Below, one piece after another: positions 38,578-51,400 of a DNA stretch of 64,000 nucleotides. The notes beneath the pieces are model-generated. The model saw nothing but the letters and a program-made list of their open reading frames with translations, was not told where the DNA came from and searched no databases. Each line of letters starts with the position of its first letter. Within the stretch, counting starts at the first letter, position 1. Origin of the DNA: Mobula hypostoma (taxonomy: Eukaryota); assembly GCF_963921235.1 (NCBI RefSeq), contig NC_086097.1:65412001-65476000 (forward strand). The letters run 5' to 3'. The translations under genes and the position numbers were made by a program.

Positions 38578-39505
38578 AAATGTCTGCAGAAATTAGTGTT
38601 CAGCAATGGAGGGAAATAAACACTTGAATCCTTCATCAGGACCGGAAATGAAGGAGGCAGAAGCCAGAATAAAAAAGGTGGGGGGAGGGGAAACAGTGCA
38701 AACTGGCAAGTGATAGGTGTGACTAGTTGAGCCGGAAGGTGGGTCAGTGAGGGAGGAGGAGCAGAAAGGGGATATGTGGAAGAGGGAAAGGGCTGAAGGA
38801 GGAAACTAACAGGATACTGGCAGATAGGCAATGAGGAGATCCTGCCTTTCATGGCAGACAGAATGAAGGTGCTCGATACCAGGAGGCAGGATCTCCTGAT
38901 GGCCACCCGTTTCAATTTGACTTCCCATTCCCTTTCCGACATTATAGTCCACAACCTCATCGACTGCCACAATGAGGCCACACTCAGGTTGTAGAGCAAC
39001 ACCTCATATTCCGTCTGGGTAGCCTTTAAGCCTGACAGCATGAACATTGACTTCTTCAGCTTTGGTAATTCCCCACTCCCTTCTTCCTTCTTTTTTTCTG
39101 TTCCCCAAACTGGTCACCCTCTCACCCCTTCTCTTCTTATCTGCCTTTCACCTCCTTCCACTTCCCTTCCTCCTCTTTCTTTCATGGTCCACTGAACTTT
39201 GTTTCCCAGTTCCTTCTTCTCCATTTCCTTCCTCAGCCCTTTCTTCTTCCACCTATCCCCTCTCACCTTCTTACTTCTTCCACGCTGCCCCTCCCACCAA
39301 AACCCCCCTCACCTCATCTGTCACCCACCAGTTTGCACTCCTTCCCCTGTCCCCACTTTCTTATTCTGGCTTCTGTCCCCTTCCTTTCCAGTCCCAATAA
39401 AGGGCCTCAGCCTGAAAGATAAACTGTTCATTCCCCTCCAGTGATGCTGGCTGACTTGCTGAATTCCTCCAACATTACGCTGCTTAAGATTTCCAGCTTC
39501 TGCAG
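38578..39505. mobile_element. Older Penelope derivative with inverted arrangement
   Basis: Minus arm to about 38878, plus arm from about 38880 carrying the GIY-YIG C-terminus (H..FRLGS..PD.MNIDF) and pLTR; decayed hammerheads at about 38625-38645 (-) and 39390-39427 (+). Confidence 0.75.
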
Positions 39506-39519
39506 TTTGTGAGGCTTCA

Positions 39520-40140
39520 GAGCTGTGTGTCAGACCTGGCTATAAGTAGCACTGGGGCCCCACAGGGGACTGTACTGGCTGCCCTCCTGTTTACCCTGTA
39601 CACCCTGGAAAACACACTGAGTCATGTCATCTGCAGAAATTCTCTGATGACTCAGCAATAGTTGGGTGTATATAGGGAGGACACGAGGATGCTCTTTGTC
39701 AAATGGTGCAGCTGAATCATCTGTAGCTCAACATCAGTATGACAAAGGAGATTATGATGGACTTTATGAAAACTAAACCTGCACTGCTCCCTCTTACTAT
39801 TGATGGTGAGGACATCGATGTGTTGAGGACCTACAAATACCTGGAGATGCACCTGGATGACAGAATTGCGTGGAGCACACCACAGAGGCTGTGTACAAGC
39901 AGGGCCAGAGTCACCTCTACTTCCTGAGGAGAATGAAGTCCTTTGTGGTCACCAGTATAATTTTCTACATGGTGATGTGCTGGGGCAATAGCATCCACAC
40001 AGGTGATGTCAACAGGCTCAATAAATTGATTAGTAAGGCAGGCTCTGTTATAGGATTTAAACTGGGCACACTGGAGGCTGTTGTAGAACAAAGGACCCTA
40101 TGGAGTATCCTGGCAATTCTGGACAATGTTTCTCACTTTG
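39520..40140 (+). mobile_element. Rex1/Babar-type LINE fragment
   Basis: GAPQGTVLA..LFTLYT, LQKFSDDSAIVG, KQGQSHLYFLRRMKSF, RLNKLISKAGSVIG. Confidence 0.85.
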
Positions 40141-40425
40141 CATAAACCAAAATCTGTCAAATTATGTTTACTGTAAAGATTTTTATCTCAATTTAGCACT
40201 TTCCATGCATTGCATCAATAGCTAAAATTACACTATAAATGAAAATCCATAAAAAAACCAAAGACACTGGAAATATGACACAAAAAGAGAAACAGAATTA
40301 ATATTTTAGGCACAAACCCCTTTGTCTGAAGTGGAAAAGAGAGAAAATGCTGCCAGTTAGTTTTAAGTTGCTGCAAAGTTAGTGGGGTGGGTGTTTAGAG
40401 AGAGGCTTCTTTCAAGTATTCAATA

Positions 40426-40735
40426 GATGGTACAGTAGCATAGTGGTTATCACAATGCTTTACAGTACAGATGATCCGGGTTCAATTTCTGCTGCTGCCT
40501 GGAAGGAGTTTGTATGTTCGCCCTGTGACCGTGTGGGCTTCCTCCAGGTGCTCTAGTTTCCTACCACAGTCCAAAGATATACCGGTTCATAGTTTAATCA
40601 GTCATTGTAAATTGTCCCATGATTAGGCTCAGATTAAATTGAGGGATTGCTGGGCAGGTGGATTGAAAGACCAAAAGAGCATATCTTCCATTGTATCTCA
40701 AATCAATAAACAAATAAACAAGCAAACAAACAAAC
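40426..40735 (+). mobile_element. HE1-like V-SINE
   Basis: tRNA-like head (TAGCATAGTGG; GGGTTCAATT), V-domain TCCAGGTGCTCTAGTTTCCTACCACAGTCCAAAGA, (AAAC/AAAT)n tail. Confidence 0.85.
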
Positions 40736-41574
40736 CATCTGACTGTTTTAGTCAATTTTCCTCTCTCCATTAGTACAGCCTGACCTGCTGAGCACATCCC
40801 ACAGCTCCTGCTACCAGCATGACAGAATAGAAACAAAGTGGTCTTGTGCTATCACAGATATTTCCTTTGTCTGTCGCATTCCTCTCCTAGAATTCTATAT
40901 TCGCTAAGGATAGCTGAATCCTTCTTCCTGGTATTTATATTCAGCCCATAAATGAGGATTCTTCACATATAACAAAAAAAATCCACATGGAAAACCACCT
41001 GAAGAATTAAACCTTTTTTTCCTGCAAATATATCAAATTTCAGATGAGTTGATCATTTTCTTCCATATAAAGTATTTAGAATAAAAGTTCTAACTCTATT
41101 TTTTTCTTCTACACAAGAAGTTGAAATGAAGAACACCTGTGCAAACAACAGTTTGCCAGCTCTCTTTCCTCCTCAAGTTATTTTCTGGCTCTGATTCTCT
41201 TCCTCTGTCAAGCTGAATACCAATTCGCTTTAATGTTCTTTCTTCTTCAGTTCTTACTAGTTGGGTCATCTTTCTTTTTTTGTAACATCTTTACTCTTGT
41301 ACTCAAACTCGTAATCATTTCCATCTTACTTACCTTCAGCTAATATGAAATGTATAAAGCCAAGCTGTTGCCCAAAACACAGAAAAATAAATATTTGCAA
41401 AAGAAATAAAAATTCTCAGTACAAAAATGGATCAGGATACTGAATAATTTTTTTCTCAACCATACATCAGAACTTTGAGGAAGAATATCATAAACTATTT
41501 AAATACGTAATATAGAAGCTTGTTAGAAATATATAAAAAGATAGTTGAAAATCTCACAGTTCTCATTACTCAAA

Positions 41575-42530
41575 ATCAGAATGAGGTTTATGACACTGAC
41601 ATATTCTGTGAAATTTGTTGTTTTGCAGAAGCAGTACATTGCAATACATAATAAAAAACTACAAATTACAATAAGTATATATTAAAATAAATAAGTAGTG
41701 CAAAAATTATGAACAGAATAGTTAGGTAGTGCTCATGAGTTCATTTCCATTCAGAAATCTGATGGCAGAGAAGAAGCTATTCCTGAAACGTTGAGTGTGT
41801 GTCTTCATGCCCCTGTACCTCATCCTTAATAGTAGCAATGAGAAGAGGGCATGTCCTGAGTGAGTGGGGTCCTTGATGATTGATGCTGCCTTTTGAAGAT
41901 GTCCCCCATGCTGGGGTGGCTAGCGCCCATGAAAGAGTTGGCTGAGAACTTCCTGCAGCTATTTCCAATCCTGTGCAGTGGCCCCTCCATACTAAACTGT
42001 GATGCAACAGTAAGAATGCTCTCCATGGTACATCTGTAGAAGTCTTCTCAAACTTCTAATGAAATATAACAACCATCGTGGCCTCTTTATAATTGCATCA
42101 CTATGTTGGACCCAGGATAGATCCTCGGAGATACTGACACCAGGAACTTGAAATTATTCGCCCTTTCCACTGCTGATCTCTTGGTGAGGACTGGTGTGTG
42201 TTCCCTCGACTTTCCTTTCCTAAAGTTCATAATCAATTTCTTGGTCTTACTGAAGTTAAGTGCCAGATTGTTGTTGCAACACCAATCAACCAGTTGATCA
42301 ATCTCACACCTGTAAGCCTCGCCACCATCTGAAATTCTGCCAAAAATACTTGTGTCATCAGCAAATTTACAGATGGCACTTGAGCTGTGCCTAGCCACAC
42401 AGTCATGGGTTTATAGAGTGTAGAGCAGTGGGCTAAGCACACATCCTTGAGGTGCGCCAGTGTTGATTGTCTGCGAGGAGGAGATGCTATTTATAACCCA
42501 CACTGACTGCGGTCGCCTGGTGAGGAAGTC
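41575..42530 (-). mobile_element. Rex1/Babar-type LINE 3' part
   Basis: [34 protein letters not shown]; (ATTCTG)-type tail. Confidence 0.85.
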
Positions 42531-42870
42531 AAATAACCAAATTTGCAAATAGAAGCAGCAAAAGATCCATTTTACTAATTATAATCTACTTTAATGATTT
42601 CAATATTTTATAATTTTAATAATTAAATTTTTCAGTAACACAACTGCAAACTAATAAATCATCTAAGCTGGGAAATAATTTTTTTAATTCAGTGAAGTTA
42701 CATAGCTTCACAGCAATGAAGTTAATTCTATAATAAATTTATGACTGTGCTCCTTATAAATCAACTATTTGTTTAAAACCACCAATTATACTGGAACAAT
42801 TGTTTGTTACTTCAGATTCCAGAATCTGCAGTCTCCTGTGTCAACAATTACATGACTTACCATTAAAAAA

Positions 42871-43431
42871 TACTCAGTGGCCACTTTATTAGGCCACCTA
42901 TACAGCTGCTCATTAATGCAAACATCTAATTAGCCAATCAATTGGTAGCAACTTAATGCATAGAAGAAAGTAGCCATGGTCAAGAGGTTCAGTAGTTATT
43001 CAAACCAAACATCAGAATGGGGAGGAAATGTAATTTACTGTTTGACTGTTGAATGATTGTTGGTGCTGGGCAGGGTAGATTGAGTATCTCAGAAACTGCT
43101 GAACTCCTGGGATTTTCATGCAGAACAGTCTCAGGAGTTTACAGAGAATGGTGCGAAAAACAAAATAAAACATCCAGTGAGTGGTAGTTCTCGGGGTGAA
43201 AACGCTTTGTTAATGAGAGAGGTCAGAGGAGGATAGCCAAGCTGGTTCAAACTACAAGGAAGGTGACAGTAACTGAAATAACCATCTGTTACAACAGTGG
43301 TGTGTAGAGGAGCATCTCTAAATGCTCAATAATCAAACTTGAAAGTGGTTGGACTACAGCAGAAGATCATGAACATACAGAAATAGACTCAGTGGCCACT
43401 TTGAGGTACCTAATAAAGTGACCATTGAGTG
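42871..43431 (+). mobile_element. Tc1/mariner non-autonomous element with transposase N-terminal remnant
   Basis: TIRs ACTCAGTGGCCACTTTATTAGG / CCTAATAAAGTGACCATTGAGTG|TA; remnant MIVGA..GRLSISETAELLGFSCRTVSGVYREWCEKQ (Tc1 HTH). Confidence 0.88.
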
Positions 43432-44775
43432 TAAGTTGTACAACCTATTCTAATTTACTTCATAATTATTTTCCTCTTGAATAAAGAAAATTTCCAAGTT
43501 TTCCAAGGCTCACTCTTTTTAAAATAATTTGGAAAACAGGCTCTCTCTGGCTAACTTACAATGTTTCTCCAACACAGAGCTCAATGAGGGGGATTATTTG
43601 GGGCTGGCACTCTTCCATGATAGTTAAGAATGTAAACTGATTGCATACGAAACTGCCATTGCTACAGCAACATATTTTGTCAGTGGACAAGCTCAAATGA
43701 ATGATATCAGACAGCTCAAAAGAGACAGAGGTATTTGATTTCTTTTCAAGTATTGCTTAGGTCCATTAAAATCCAATACATGACATAAATGGTTCCACAT
43801 ACAGTATATTTCAGCTACATATGGTGAGATTAAAAAATTGGCAAACTAGACTGCTGAGTGAAAATATTGTCTTTTATATTAATTTCATACTAAAACAGAT
43901 TGATAAAATTAAGTCTTTGACTTCCTTATTGTGCCTTTTGCAGGCTCTCATACACACATACCTTCTCGCCCCCATGCACCACATAACCAAAGTCTGTCTC
44001 TCTCTCTCTCTTTCTCTCTCACTTATGAATAAACACACACACACAAACACACAGCCTTGGTGGTCATACTAAAATACCCTAAAGTACCCATGTTTATGGA
44101 CTTCCTTGTTACCAGAACTACTGGTAGATATTCATTATCTAAGAACTTCCTTGTATTTATTTAAAATACATTTCTATGTACTGTGTGCTAACTAACATAA
44201 TCGATGCTCAGTAAATTTGCCTCAGTTCAGTACCATTAAGTTGATCTTATATTAGCTAAGCACAAGTAATTCTGCAATTTATAAATTACACGATCAACTA
44301 GTGTCCTGTCAATGTTTCCTCTAATGTTTTTTCAGCTGCACAGACCAACCATTAATTTCAGCAGGAAATTTTTACATGGCCTGAAAACTGCGTGGCACTT
44401 TAATGTTTTTTTGGAATATGCACATCAAACAAACACAAACCACAACTCATAACACAAGTAAACAATGACAGGCAGTCAAAACAACTGACAGCTACAAGCA
44501 AAAGTAAAATGTTTTGACGAGGTGACTTTGGTGTTCGGTGGGCCTGTGGTGTAGTAACAATGAATTACTGACTTCCATTCTGTGTTCATTGTTACAATTT
44601 GTAACAGTATTGTAACTTGAAATACTGACAATATAAATATGTTGAAGCCCTTAAATGTTCCAAAATAAAGGTTGTAGTATGTTCATTATTTAGAAAATTT
44701 GTGGATTATATTTATTAATACCTAATTAATTACAGGCCATTTAACAATTATATTGACATAGATTTCAAAATTATA

Positions 44776-45120
44776 TGTAACCCTCAGGTTCAGCTATTCG
44801 CTTAATCTCTGGGGAGAGAGCCTTCAGCCTGACCAAACTTGAGAATTCCTGTTTGGGTGGATGCTGCATGATGTGATCCCCTGTTACAAATCAGTACCCC
44901 GAAATAAACAGTACACAATATACAATTAAACAATTGAGCTTTATAATTCTTAATTTGACTATAGGGTTATTAAAGAAACAAAAAAGAAAAAGCGCCCATT
45001 CTCATGAAACAGTCTAATGCACAACATTGGAGCTCACGATTTTCCCATCTGTTAGTTCTCCATCAATTTTCCCCTCAGCTCCCGACCCCATTCCAAGTCC
45101 ACTCCGTCCTGCAGACTATG
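44776..45120. mobile_element. Probable LTR fragment
   Basis: Abrupt start at TGTAAC with a composition shift; no second terminus or TSD found. Confidence 0.35.
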
Positions 45121-45351
45121 AAATACTGAGGATTGGAGAATAGTAACAGGATTCTCACCCCTTTTACTAAATTACACTTTGGATTTCATCAAAGAGTGAA
45201 AGGAGTTGTTTCAGAGAGATTGAGTTACACACAATAGTATAGATGCAAGCAGTGATAGAGAAAAGAATGTTGTCTTTTTCAGTTTCTAACAGATAGGCAT
45301 ACATACATTGCAAATTTGCCAGATCTATGAAGTTTGATGACCAGGATGATC

Positions 45352-45461
45352 TATCAGAATCAGAACAAGGTTTAATACCATCAACATGCGTTGTGAAATT
45401 TGTTTTGTGGCAGCAGTAAGTTACAATACATAGCAATAAAAACTATCAATTACAATAAAGA

Positions 45462-45519
<58 letters not shown>

Positions 45520-45800
45520 TGTGACTGTGACTTTCTGTAGCTTTTTCCATCCTGTATAGTGCCCCCCCCATATGAGACAGTAATGCAACCAGTTAGAATG
45601 CTCTCCACAGTACCTCTGTAGAAATTTGCAAGAGTTTTTGGTGACATATCAATTCTCTCAAACTCCTAATGAAATATAGTCACTGTTATGGCTTCTTTGT
45701 AATTGCATTGATATGTTGGGCCCAGAATAGATCCTCAGAGATGTTGACACCCAGGAACAAGTAACTGTTCACCCTTTCCATTTCTGATCCATCAATGAAG
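45352..45800 (-). mobile_element. Rex1/Babar-type LINE fragment with embedded (GT)n
   Basis: MSPKTLANFYRGTVESILTGCITV; ATCAGAATCAGAA tail. Confidence 0.8.
45466..45518. repeat. (GT)n microsatellite, about 26 units
   Basis: Direct reading. Confidence 0.98.
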
Positions 45801-46092
45801 GGCCATTTTAACAGTCAATGATGTAACTTTTTTTTTTGCAGTTGTTGCTTAGAAATAGGATCTAACATGAGGAGAGTGATTGGGCAGGATATCAGCATTG
45901 AACAGGTTTGGCAGGATGGCATGCCGACTGAGCTTGGGAATGTGGTCCACGACCAGGGACTAGAGAGGTTGTTTGTAAGCCAAAGAATTTTTTTTAAATT
46001 GAGGGATATTAGTTAGTGTAATTCTCCAAGATGGCTTACAATGGGAAATAAAGTTAAAAAGTAAGGACAATTAATCACTCCCTTAATATTAC

Positions 46093-46299
46093 AAAAACAT
46101 GCAAAATTTGCTATGTTTCTTAAATTTGTATTTGCAATCATAAATTTAAAGAGAAAATTATAAAAACATGGAAAATTTGCTATGTTTCTTAAATTTGTAT
46201 TTGCAATCATAAATTTAAAGAGAAAATTATAAAAACATGGAAAATTTGCTATGTTTCTTAAATTTGTATTTGTAATCATAAATTTAAACAGAAAATCAT
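46093..46299. repeat. Minisatellite, 3 x 69 bp
   Basis: Units start at 46093, 46162 and 46231 and are nearly identical. Confidence 0.95.
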
Positions 46300-48409
46300 T
46301 GAAATATGACAGCCTTACTTCATAAAAAGCAGGTCATTCAGTGAAAATGTCAGGACGTCTCTTGCTATCTGTGTTAACATCCATTGATTACTGCATATAG
46401 TTCAGTTCCCATTTCACTGAGTTATTAACTATTACTTAGGACACCTATGTCACAATTCATTTGCACGTAATCTTTTTCAAGGAAGTACAAACTACCCACA
46501 AAGTATCTAACCTTGCATTCACACCTTTCAAACAATATCTAACCTGACATTGTTTTTAAGAATCATTTAAACAATCTGTCACCTTTTCTCACTTTTCTAA
46601 CAAATAACATGAGTATGGGTGTATGCCCATTATCTTCTCTATTCAAATCAAAGGATTAATCTAATTTTAAGATGATGACAGGAAAAAAATCAAAATTGCT
46701 CCCTTAAAGTTCTTAAACAACCAGGCCGTTTAGCACTTCTGGCTTCAAATGGATAGTATATTACAGAATTGCTGCAGAAAAATAACTTCACTCTTGAGAA
46801 AGACAACATTATGAACTTATCTGTGAAGAAAATAATAAATTTCATACTTTATATCAATGTCAATTTCCATTTTCAACAAAGAACTGAAGTATCTTAAATC
46901 TCAAAGGAATTGAGACATGCCACTAAAAGTTAGAGACGTATTAACAGTTCTCAATGGGAAAGTTGATTTTCCCAGTCTCGTAATACTACAGTAATTTGGA
47001 AAAGAAGGGATTTAGTTTGAGTTACTTAATAAGAAGTCATCACTACAATACAAATGCTAACTTTCAGATAAAATATTCTGATTATGTACGATAATACATT
47101 GTCAAACTATAGGGACTAATTTGCTCTGTCTACAGTTAACGGTGTTCCCATTATAGGCAGTTTTGGACATGGTGTTTGACCTTTGACAACAGCACAGTTA
47201 TTTCCCACAAGTTGGAGCCTGGACAATAGTTTACTTTATGCCTTTAGTTCAGGCTACTATGTTTCTTCAGGAAGATCTCAAGCAGAAAAGCCAACATCCC
47301 TGACAAGCACGAGAGAAGGCACCAAGGGTCCAAATAGTAAATGTTGGAAAACAAATGGCAAAGCACACAAAATGACATCTGGAATCCTAACGGGCCACCA
47401 AAGATTCTCAATCCAAGGAGGAATTAATACTGTTTTTTCACCATCCCTTGTGCTAACTTCTCTGTTTATAGACAGTAATAAATGATTCTTAAAAACATAT
47501 TTAGGTCATGATGTCATATACCACCAGCATGTAGCGTTGTTTTATTGCACTTGTAGTCAAAATATGCCCCTATACCCACATGTCAGGAAAGCTGACTCTT
47601 TCATTACTTCTGGATTCACTTTTGTTGGACAAATACTTCTGGATTTTAAAAAGGGAAACTTTTTTTTAAATGGCCAGTGATCCCATGCAGCAGTAAAATT
47701 CACACCAGTATCTTCCTACATATTATTATTATTACACTGTGTTGTAAGAAACCAAGAAGCTAAAGTTTCCTAGCATGACAAAAAGCAAACAGAACAAAAA
47801 ACAATGGTGGAATGTCTAAAAACATTAACAGTCTATTTCTTCACTTTAGATCTGTTGTGAGCATTGCTAGACCTTCCAACTTATAATCAATTAATATCAC
47901 AAAGAAGCTATAGATCATTGTTATTTTTGTTTGATGGTGAACTCAAATTGCCATTGGACTTCAGAACAAAATACAGCCAGTCTTTAACGTCTGCCAACCT
48001 GAATTCAAAGTATTCAAAACATGCAGCAGTACACTCAGAACCTGTCTTATACTCTTCTATTGATATTGGTGTTGGTTTATTGATGTCACATGTACCAAGA
48101 TACAGTGAAAGGCTCATCTTGCATAGTTCATAAAAATCAAAATCATTTCCTATACTACTGAAATCAATGCAATTACTGTTGGGTTGGGTGTAAAAAATAA
48201 GCACCGTGCATTAGTATGGAAAATAAATTCTAACATCTGCAATGACATTCACCTGTCTCAAAAATGATTAAAGTTTCAAAATTTCAGTCACCAACTGAAA
48301 TTCTGAGTGGAAATTAGCAGTGGACTATTTATTTGAATATTCATTATTCAAAATCCTTATGTTAAACTTGCGGGTGGATGGGGTAGAGATGCATCTCTAC
48401 CAAAGACGA

Positions 48410-51400
48410 TAAGATATCTAAGGAGTAGAATTAGGCCATTTCACCATTTCATTATAACTGATCCATTTCTTTCTCAGCATGAACCTCCTGCCTTCTCCTG
48501 AATCAACAAGCAAATTAACCATTAAGGAATCCTGCACGAGGAATCCCGAGTCCCCATGAACCTCAGATTATTTCTCTCCATTTAGAACATAGTCTACACT
48601 TCAATTTCTTCTACCAAAGTGCATGACCATACACTTCCCAACACTGTATTCCATCTTTCACTTCTTATTCCATTCTCCTAATTTGTCTAAGCTCTTCTAC
48701 AGCCTCTCTACTTCCTCAACAACTGTTTTGGCCAAAAAAGCCATCCATTCCATCATCTAAAGCACTGACATATAACGTAAAGAGAAGTGGTCAAAACAGA
48801 GACCTCTTTGGAACACCACTAGTCACCAGCAGCTAGCTAGAAAAGGTTCCGTTTAACATAGAATAGAACATAGAACAGGACAGTACATTACAGGCCCTTC
48901 GGCCCACAATGTTGTGCCAACCCTCAAACCCTGACTCCCATATAACCCCCCACCTTAAATTCCTCCATATACCTATCTAGTAGTCTCTTAAACTTCACTA
49001 GTGTATCTGCCTCCACCACTGACTCAAGCAGTGCATTCCATGCACCAACCACTCTCTGAGTAAAACACCTTCCTCTAAAATCCCCCTTGAACTTCCCATC
49101 CCTTACCTTAAAGCCATTTCCTCTTGTATTGAGCAGTGGTGTCCTGGGGAAGAGGTGCTGGCTATCCACTCTACCTACTCCTCGTATTATCTTGTACACC
49201 TCTACCATGTCTCCTCTCATCCTCCTTCTCTCCAAAGAGTAAAGCCCTAGCTCCCTTAATCTCTGATCATAATGCATACTCTCTAAACCAGGCAGCATCA
49301 TGGTAAATCTCCTCTGTACCCTTTCCAATGCTTCCACATCCTTCCTATAGTGAGGCGACCAGAACTGGACACAGTACTCCAAGTCTGGCCTAACAAGAGT
49401 TTTATAGAGCTGCATCATTACATCGCGACTCTTAAACCCTATCCCTCGACTTAAGAAAGCTAACACCCCTTAAGCATTCTTAACTACCCTATCTACCTGT
49501 GAGGCAACTTTCAGGGCTCTGTGAACATGCACCCCCAGATCCCTCTGCTCCTCCACTCTACCAAGTACCCTGCCATGTACTTTGTACTCTGCCTTGGAGT
49601 TTGTCCTTTCAAAGTGTACCACCTCACACTTCTCCGGCCACTTCTCCTCACACTCCATCTGCCACTTCTCAGCCCACTTCTGCATCCTATCAATGTCTCT
49701 CTGCAATCTTCGACAATCCTCTACACTATCTACAACACCACCAACCTTTGTCTCATCTGCAAACTTGCCAACCCACCCTTCTACCCTCACATCCAGGTCA
49801 TTGATAAAAATCACTAAAAGTCGAGGTCCCAGAACAGATTCTTGTGGGACACCACTGGTCACAATCCTCCAATCTGAATGTACTCCCTCCACTACCACCC
49901 TCTGCCTTCTACAGGCAAGCCAATTCTGAATCTACCTGGCCAATCTTCCCTGGATCCCATGCCTTCTGACTTTCTGAATAAGCCTACCGTGTGGAACCTT
50001 GTCAAATGCCTTACTAAAATCCATATAGATCACATCCACTGCACTACCCTCATCTATATGCCTGGTCACCTCCTCAAAGAACTCTATCAGGCTTGTTAGA
50101 CACGATCTGCCCTTCACAAAGCCATGCTGACTGTCCCTGATCCGACCATGATTCTCTAAATGCCCATAGATCCTATCTCTAAGAATCTTTTCCAACAGCT
50201 TTCCCACCACCGACGTAAGGCTCACTGGTCTATAATTACCCAGACTATCCCTACTAACTTTTTTGAACAAGGGGACAACATTCGCCTCCCTCCAATCCTC
50301 CCGTACAATTCCTGTGGAAACGAGGACATAAAGATCCTAGCCAGAGACTCAGCAATCTCTTCCCTCGCCCCGTGGAGCAGACCTGGGGAATATTCCATCA
50401 GGTCCCGGGGACTTATCCATCCTAATGTACTTTAACAACTCCAACACCTCCTCTTCCTTAATATAACATGCTCCAGCACATCAACCTCACTCATATTGTC
50501 CTCACGGTCATCAAGTTCCCCCTCATTGGTGAATACCGAAAAGAAGTATTCATTGAGGACCTCACTCACTTCCACAGCCTCCAGGCACATCTTCCCACCT
50601 TTATCTCCTGTCATCCTTTTGTTCTTCACATAATTGAAGAATGCCTTGGGGTTTTCCTTTACCCTACTCGCCAAGGCCTTCTCATGCCCCCTTCTTGCAC
50701 TTCTCAGCCCCTTCTTAAGCTCATTTCTTGCTTCCCTATATGTCTCAATAGACCCATCTGATCCTTGCTTCCTAAACCTCATGTATGCTGCCTTCTTCCA
50801 CCTGACTAGATTCTCCACCTCACTTGTCACCCATGGTTCCTTCACCCTACCATTCTTTATCTTCCTCACCAGGGCAAATTTATCCCTAACATCCTGCAAG
50901 AGATCTCTAAACATCGACCACATGTCGATAGTACATTTCCCTGCAAGAACATCATCCTAAATCACACCCACAAGTTCTAGCCTTTTGGCCTCAATTTGCC
51001 TTTCCCCAATTAAAAATTTTCCTGTCCTCTCTGATTCTTACCTTTTCCATGATAAATGCTAAGGGCCAGGGAGTGGTGGTCACTGTCCCTCAGATGCTCC
51101 CCCACTGAGAGATCTGTGACCTGACCCAGTTCGTTACCTAGTAATAGATCTAGTATGGCATTCCCCCTAGTCGGCCTGTCCACATACTGTGACAGGAACC
51201 GTCCTGGACACACTTAACAAACTCTGCCCCATCTAAACCCTTGGAGCTAATCAGGTGCCAAACAATATTAGGGAAGTTAAAATCACCCATGATAACAACC
51301 CTGTTATTTTTGCACCTTTCCAAAATCTGCCTCCCAATCTGCTCCTCTGTATCTCTGCTGCTACTAGGGGGCCTATAGAATACCCCCAATAGAGTAACTG

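Noticed and set aside
46093..46299. CRISPR-like array
   Set aside because: Contiguous tandem units without unique spacers, in a eukaryotic context with no cas genes.
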